NCBI GenBank assembly: GCA_021789915.1
Contig: JAJYIV010000002.1
Coordinates: 613 to 64,612, forward strand
Source of the DNA: a bacterium
GTDB taxonomy: Bacteria > Patescibacteriota > Patescibacteriia > UBA9934 > GWF2-40-263
Direction of reading: 5' to 3'
Length of the DNA: 64,000 nt
Position 1 is the stretch's first letter, and each line of letters opens with the position of its first letter. Below the pieces are notes generated by a model, which did no database searches, was not told the DNA's origin, and worked only from the letters and a program-made list of their open reading frames with translations. Of this stretch, positions 59,531-64,000 are shown one piece after another. Both the position numbers and the translations under genes were made by a program.

Positions 59531-61409
59531 TTGCAATGACATACAGCGTCTCGATCCCGAACGTCTGCACCGGCACGAACGTAAGGCCGTCGGCCTTCAG
59601 TTTGTCCGTGTTGAGATAGTTCAGATCTTGCGCCGGCAGCGTGATGCCGAAGTAGTACGTCGGCGCGTGCGCGACGAGCGCGGGCAGCAGCGCATAGGTC
59701 CGCGGATCGCGCAGCGGATAGCGCACGGCGCGATCCGGAAAGAAGATTTTGTCGTCGCGGTCAACGACGATGACGGCGTCCGCCGGCGTCAGGCGCATCA
59801 CGGCGTCATGCACGGCGCGCTCTTGCGCCAACACCTGCGCCTCAGCGAACAAGCCGTCCTCCGGGGTCAGGAACGCCGTGCGGAACCCGAGCGCCGCCCA
59901 GGCGACCCAGCCGACGACGAGCACGACGGAGCCGAGGCGCTTCGCACGCGCGGCAAGCTCGTCGAGCGCCACGGCCGCGAGCGGCACCCAGGCGACGAAG
60001 ATCGGCAGCCAGTACCGCACGTGCGAATTGCCGACGGTGATCTGCGTCGGATCCGGATTGTCCGTGAACGTCCAGCTGCCGTACATCAGCACGAGCCAGA
60101 CCGTCACGACGAGGGCGACGAGGAGATAGGGCCAAAAGCAGCTGGCAGCTGGCAGCTGGCAGCTGGGGGAAGAACCGCGACGGCGCTTCGACAAGACGCG
60201 GACGGCCAACAAGATGATGCCGAGCGCCGCCAGGACGAACTCCCACCAGAACATCCTCAAGCCATAGGCGACGAACTGCCGCCAGGCCAGGCGCGGATGG
60301 ATGCCGAAGGGAAAGACGAAGGAGAGCGCTCGCTCCATGGCGCGCCGCCACGCGGGCATGGAGGCTCCGGGGGCGAGCGCTGCCGCAGACGTGGATGATT
60401 CCCCCCCTGCCAAGCCTGTCCTGAGCGAAGTCGAAGGAGGGGGGCTGCCGGCTGACTCCATGACGGCCGGCGGGGGGGTATGCGCCACGGCTATGGCCGG
60501 CACGGAGACGAGATCGCCGCCGGACGCGTCCGCCGCCGCCTGGTAGCCCGTCGTCCACGGCGAACCGTACAGACGCTGGTTCAAAAACGGCATGGGCGAG
60601 AGGACGACGAGGAACCCAAGCACGCCGGCGGCGACGAAGCGGCGATCCAGCTGCCGCCATTGCCAGGCGAAGGCGGCCGCCGCGGGAACGACCAACCACA
60701 CGGCTTCCGACGCGCGGATGAAGAGCGCGAGCCCCAGCAGCGCGCCCGCGGCGAAACCGTCGAGCGCATGGTGCCAGCGCCCCGCGGATGCACGGGAAGC
60801 GCCCGCGAGGATTGCCCCCCTGCCAAGGGGGGCTGCCTGCTGGCCGTCATGCGGCAGGCGGGGGGTATGCGAGGTGGACGTGGTGGAAGCGTTTTGAAAC
60901 GGCCGCGCGAGGAAAAACCAGAAGGCGAAGCCCACGCATGCGAGGAACGGCACATTGGGCATGAGCGAGCGGGCCGTGTAGAACCACCACGCCGGCTGCA
61001 GCGCGAGCAGCGCGCCCGCGATCCATCCCGCGCGCCGGCCGAACAGGCGCCCGAAGACGGCCGCCCACGCGAGCACGCCGAGCGCGGAGAGCAGGATCGG
61101 CACGTACGGGATCGCCCGGGCGCCGAACGCCTTCGCCGCGACGCCGAGCGCGAGCGGCAAGCCGAGGAAGCTCGCGGGAACGAGCGCGCCGCGCGTCGCA
61201 AGCACGCTGCGCGGATGCAGCGCGTCGCCGAGCGCGGCGGCGAGCGGCTCGGGCGCGGACAGCGTCGACGTCGCCGCGTACGCCCCGGCGAAGAACGACA
61301 CGGCCGTTTCGTCCGGCGACACGAAGATGGCTCCCGACGCGCGCAGCGCGAGGGAACCGAGGACGAGCAGCAGGCAGGAAGAGGCGAGCAGCCAGCGGAC
61401 GGGGTTCAT
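59523..61409 (-). CDS. Polytopic membrane protein, probable ArnT/PMT-like glycosyltransferase
   Basis: 628 aa with more than 10 TM segments and a soluble C-terminal domain. Sits in a glycosylation cluster. Two repeat inserts. Confidence 0.5.
   Translation of the reverse strand: MNPVRWLLASSCLLLVLGSLALRASGAIFVSPDETAVSFFAGAYAATSTLSAPEPLAAALGDALHPRSVLATRGALVPASFLGLPLALGVAAKAFGARAIPYVPILLSALGVLAWAAVFGRLFGRRAGWIAGALLALQPAWWFYTARSLMPNVPFLACVGFAFWFFLARPFQNASTTSTSHTPRLPHDGQQAAPLGRGAILAGASRASAGRWHHALDGFAAGALLGLALFIRASEAVWLVVPAAAAFAWQWRQLDRRFVAAGVLGFLVVLSPMPFLNQRLYGSPWTTGYQAAADASGGDLVSVPAIAVAHTPPPAVMESAGSPPPSTSLRTGLAGGESSTSAAALAPGASMPAWRRAMERALSFVFPFGIHPRLAWRQFVAYGLRMFWWEFVLAALGIILLAVRVLSKRRRGSSPSCQLPAASCFWPYLLVALVVTVWLVLMYGSWTFTDNPDPTQITVGNSHVRYWLPIFVAWVPLAAVALDELAARAKRLGSVVLVVGWVAWAALGFRTAFLTPEDGLFAEAQVLAQERAVHDAVMRLTPADAVIVVDRDDKIFFPDRAVRYPLRDPRTYALLPALVAHAPTYYFGITLPAQDLNYLNTDKLKADGLTFVPVQTFGIETLYVIASH
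60399..60485. repeat. Composite GC-rich repeat, in-frame within a CDS
   Basis: TTCCCCCCCTGCCAAG plus CCTGTCCTGAGCGAAGTCGAAGGAGGGGGG plus CTGCCGGC..GCCGGCGGGGGGGTATGCG. Confidence 0.85.
60812..60874. repeat. GC-rich double-hairpin repeat (G6 subfamily), in-frame within a CDS
   Basis: TTGCCCCCCTGCCAAGGGGGGCTGCCTGCTGGCCGTCATGCGGCAGGCGGGGGGTATGCGAGG. Confidence 0.9.
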
Positions 61410-61430
61410 ACCATCACTCCACCACTTTTC

Positions 61431-62012
61431 TCACAACCCATACGTGAACAAGCTGATCACGGCCAGCATGAGGGCGATCACGAGGATGGCGACGGACCAG
61501 GCGAACAGCATGGCGTTGCCCGCCCACACGGACACCAGCAGCAAACTGACGCCGAGCGCCTGCGCGAACATCTTGGCCTTGCCGAAGACGTTCGCGCGCA
61601 TGTGGCGGCCGTGCCGTTTGCCCCAATAGCCGCCCAGCGCGATCAGCACGTCCACGCCGAGGATGGACAGCGCGAAGCGCATGCCGACATAACGGGCCAC
61701 GATGAGCAGGATGACGGAGCCGATGAGAAGCTTGTCGGCGACGGGATCGTAAAACGACCCCCAGTCCGTGATCTGGCGGCGGACGCGCGCGAGGGAACCG
61801 TCCAGCGCATCCGTCAATGCCGCAAAGACGAAGAGCGGCACGCCCCAAGCCCATCGTCCGGCGACAAGCAGCGCCAGGACGATCGGCGTCAGCGCGAAAC
61901 GCAGCCCCGTGACCATGTTCGGCGTCACCGAGTCCGGAATGAACGGCAAGATCGTGCGCGCCAGCACCCGGTCGTGCGGATACAGGGCGCGCGGGTCTCG
62001 TTGCAATGGCAT
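61431..62012 (-). CDS. CDP-alcohol phosphatidyltransferase family protein
   Basis: Start MPLQRDP. Motif DALDGSLAR-x8-G-x3-DPVADK. Confidence 0.85.
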   Translation of the reverse strand: MPLQRDPRALYPHDRVLARTILPFIPDSVTPNMVTGLRFALTPIVLALLVAGRWAWGVPLFVFAALTDALDGSLARVRRQITDWGSFYDPVADKLLIGSVILLIVARYVGMRFALSILGVDVLIALGGYWGKRHGRHMRANVFGKAKMFAQALGVSLLLVSVWAGNAMLFAWSVAILVIALMLAVISLFTYGL

Positions 62013-62040
62013 ACGACGGACGTGATACACTCTTTGCGCT

Positions 62041-64000
62041 ATGCCTCGCGGACGGTTTGTCGTTAAATCTACCACCATTTGGACGATTTTTCCATTCGTT
62101 TTTGCCGTGAACGCGCTTTGGGTGAAAAACGCGGCCCTGGGCCTCGTACTGCTTGCGGCGTTTTTGGCGCTGCTCGGCTCGGCCGTCGGGCGCGCGGCGG
62201 CGCCCGAGGAGGGACGCGCGGTGCGCTGGTGGCTGGGCGTCTGGCAGCTGCTGTCCGCCCTCATCATTGTCGCCGCAGCGATGTATTATGCCATGCCGTT
62301 TTCGCCGGCGGCGGCCGATGTGCTCGTCATCCTCGCCCTCGCCGCTGCCTGGACGATCCGCGGGCGCGCGAAGACGCCGCCGCCTCGCCGGGCGGACGCT
62401 CCGGCGCAGCGCGGATGGCCTTTGGCCGCCGGGCTCGCCGCGCTCGCGGGTTTCGCCTCCACGCTGTTCCTGCTGCGCGCCTCCGCGACCGTCCGCGCGG
62501 TCGCGTCGCCGTGGGACGTCGTGTCCCCGTGGACATTCGTCGCGTTCGGCGCGGGTGTCTTGGCGCTGTCCGCTCTCTGGTTCCAGGGCCGCGGACGCGC
62601 GTCCGTTCCTCCGCCGGGATCGCCCCCCTGCCAAGGGGGGCTGCCTGCTGGCCTTGCCCCCCTGCCAAGGCCTGTCCTGAGCGAAGTCGAAGGAGGGGCT
62701 GCCCGCTGTCCGCACGGCGCCGGGCGGGGGGTTCCGTCGGCAGGCGTGGGGTTCATCGTCCCGCTCACGATTCTGGCGCTGTTCGTCTTTCTCAGCGTGA
62801 ACCTCGCCGTCTTCCCGCTGGGCGCCGGCTTCGACGCCTTCATCCATCGCGCGACGGAAGCGCACATCGCCGCGACCGGCAGCATCACGCCCAAGCCGCT
62901 TTACTACGCCGGCCAGTACGCGCTCGTCGTCCTCCTGCACCACGCCTTCGCGCTGCCCGTGGACGCCGTCGATCTCTGGCTGCTGCCGCTGCTCGCCGCG
63001 TTCCTGCTCCCGTCGGCGTGGACGGATGCGGCCGACCGTCTTCTTCCCGAGCGCCGCTGGGCGCCGTTCACGCTCGCGCTCCTGTTCCTGCTGCCGCTCG
63101 GCGCGTTCGCCACGACGACGCCGCAAGGTCTGGCGGATCTTTGGATTCTGCTGCTCGTGCTGGCAAGCGTGCCGCTGCTGGCGGCGTCTCCGCTTGACGG
63201 CCCGGCGCGGCGGCGGCGCCTGTGGCTGCTCGCGCTCTCCGCGCTGGCGACCGCGGCCATTCATCCGCTCGCCGGACTGCCCGCGCTTGCCTTCGTCGCG
63301 TATCTTGCCGCCGCGCGCACGCGATGGTTGCGCCGCGCGATCATCGCCGTCGGCGCGCTGCTGCTGCCCGTCAGCTTCCTCGTGGAGAACCGCGGCCTGG
63401 GCGGACGCGGGCTGGATCTTGCCGGGCTCTGGACGAAGCTCGCCGCGCTGTTCCCCGCCCCGCCCGCGCTGGGCGCGCCGTACCATCCGGCGCTGGATTT
63501 CGCCGCGGCGCTCGGCTGGGCGGCGGGATGGATCGTCCTGCTGCTGGCCATCCTCGGCTGGCGGCGCGCGCCGAACCGCCTGCGCTGGGCGGCGGCGGCG
63601 ATGGCGGGCCTGTTGCTGGCGGATTACGTGTTACTCGGCACCATCGTGGATTTTTCGTACCTGATCGACTATGAACGCGCGAGCTATGCCGCGCGCCTGC
63701 TGCCGCTCGCGCTGTTCTTTCTCGCGCCGCTCGCCATGGTCGGGTTGGGACGGATCCGGCAGCGGCTGGATGGATTCCCCCGCGCACGGGAGTCTGCCTC
63801 GTCCTCCCCTTTCCAAGGGGAGGCTGCCTGCTGGCCGCTTTCTGGCAGGCGGAGGGGTTGCCGGCGCAGCGAACAGGAAGGAAGGAAAGCGCCGCGCGCG
63901 GTGCGCTGGTTCGCCGTCGCGCTCGCCGCGGGAGCCGTGCTCGGCGCGTGGTATGCCGCCTATCCGCGCGACGACGCCTATCTCAAAGGCCACGGCTACA
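62041..64000 (+). CDS. Large polytopic membrane protein, 3'-partial (absent from the ORF track)
   Basis: I read all 653 codons from the ATG at 62041 to the window end and found no stop. There is an in-frame TGA at 62023. Many L/A/W-rich TM segments. Confidence 0.7.
   Translation, partial: MPRGRFVVKSTTIWTIFPFVFAVNALWVKNAALGLVLLAAFLALLGSAVGRAAAPEEGRAVRWWLGVWQLLSALIIVAAAMYYAMPFSPAAADVLVILALAAAWTIRGRAKTPPPRRADAPAQRGWPLAAGLAALAGFASTLFLLRASATVRAVASPWDVVSPWTFVAFGAGVLALSALWFQGRGRASVPPPGSPPCQGGLPAGLAPLPRPVLSEVEGGAARCPHGAGRGVPSAGVGFIVPLTILALFVFLSVNLAVFPLGAGFDAFIHRATEAHIAATGSITPKPLYYAGQYALVVLLHHAFALPVDAVDLWLLPLLAAFLLPSAWTDAADRLLPERRWAPFTLALLFLLPLGAFATTTPQGLADLWILLLVLASVPLLAASPLDGPARRRRLWLLALSALATAAIHPLAGLPALAFVAYLAAARTRWLRRAIIAVGALLLPVSFLVENRGLGGRGLDLAGLWTKLAALFPAPPALGAPYHPALDFAAALGWAAGWIVLLLAILGWRRAPNRLRWAAAAMAGLLLADYVLLGTIVDFSYLIDYERASYAARLLPLALFFLAPLAMVGLGRIRQRLDGFPRARESASSSPFQGEAACWPLSGRRRGCRRSEQEGRKAPRAVRWFAVALAAGAVLGAWYAAYPRDDAYLKGHGY
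62621..62740. repeat. Composite GC-rich repeat, in-frame within a CDS
   Basis: CCCCCCTGCCAAGGGGGGCTGCCTGCTGGCC plus CCCCCCTGCCAAGG plus CCTGTCCTGAGCGAAGTCGAAGGAGGGG.., translated as PPCQGGLPAGLAPLPRPVLSEVEGG. Confidence 0.9.
63803..63857. repeat. GC-rich double-hairpin repeat, in-frame within a CDS
   Basis: CCTCCCCTTTCCAAGGGGAGGCTGCCTGCTGGCCGCTTTCTGGCAGGCGGAGGGG, translated as SSPFQGEAACWPLSGRRRG. Confidence 0.9.

Noticed and set aside
61414-63486. 690-aa minus-strand ORF
   Set aside because: It is R/G/E-rich garbage overlapping the CDP-alcohol phosphatidyltransferase and antisense to the stop-free membrane ORF starting at 62041.

Overview
This is a gene-dense, visibly high-GC bacterial chromosome segment, organised mostly as minus-strand operons.

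**Recognisable genes**
- Nucleotide metabolism and division: nrdD-nrdG, ftsE-ftsX, pyrG.
- Three canonical tRNAs: Gln-TTG, Gly-CCC and Lys-TTT.
- A reduced dcw block, mraY-ftsW-[four-helix-bundle cassette]-murG, with no murD between mraY and ftsW.
- Translation and RNA: a NifU-like gene, rpmA, an RlmI-like methyltransferase, rplI, rpmB, hflX, an HU gene.
- Transport: two MacB-type permeases, an ABC ATPase and a HlyD-type adaptor.
- Other: gnd-zwf, an ECF sigma plus a putative anti-sigma, two NUDIX proteins, an S41 protease, a HIT protein and a CDP-alcohol phosphatidyltransferase.
- A large CDP-/dTDP-sugar and GT2 glycosylation cluster.

The gene content, the many small hypothetical genes and the four-helix-bundle cassette suggest a Patescibacteria/CPR-like or similar streamlined anaerobe. 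This is inference only.

**Most unusual signals (all read by eye; nothing was computed)**
1. A GC-rich hairpin repeat family occurs at 12 loci. Ten copies lie in-frame inside protein genes, which resembles Rickettsia palindromic elements (RPEs).
2. 7-nt-periodic arrays (GGCTAAT/GGCTGAC units) sit at cistron junctions and place stop codons in all three frames.
3. The four-helix-bundle (23S-IVS-type) gene is bracketed by 14-bp inverted repeats inside the dcw operon.
4. Two homologous nested-hairpin elements show compensatory changes, making them a candidate new ncRNA or MITE.
5. A promoter- and terminator-flanked tRNA-like RNA has a broken anticodon stem. It lies inside a 2.5-kb segment bounded by 81-bp direct repeats.
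6. There are several uncharacterised gene modules.
7. A membrane-protein ORF of more than 650 codons runs off the 3' end of the window and is absent from the supplied ORF track.

No CRISPR array, rRNA, transposase or integrase was seen.
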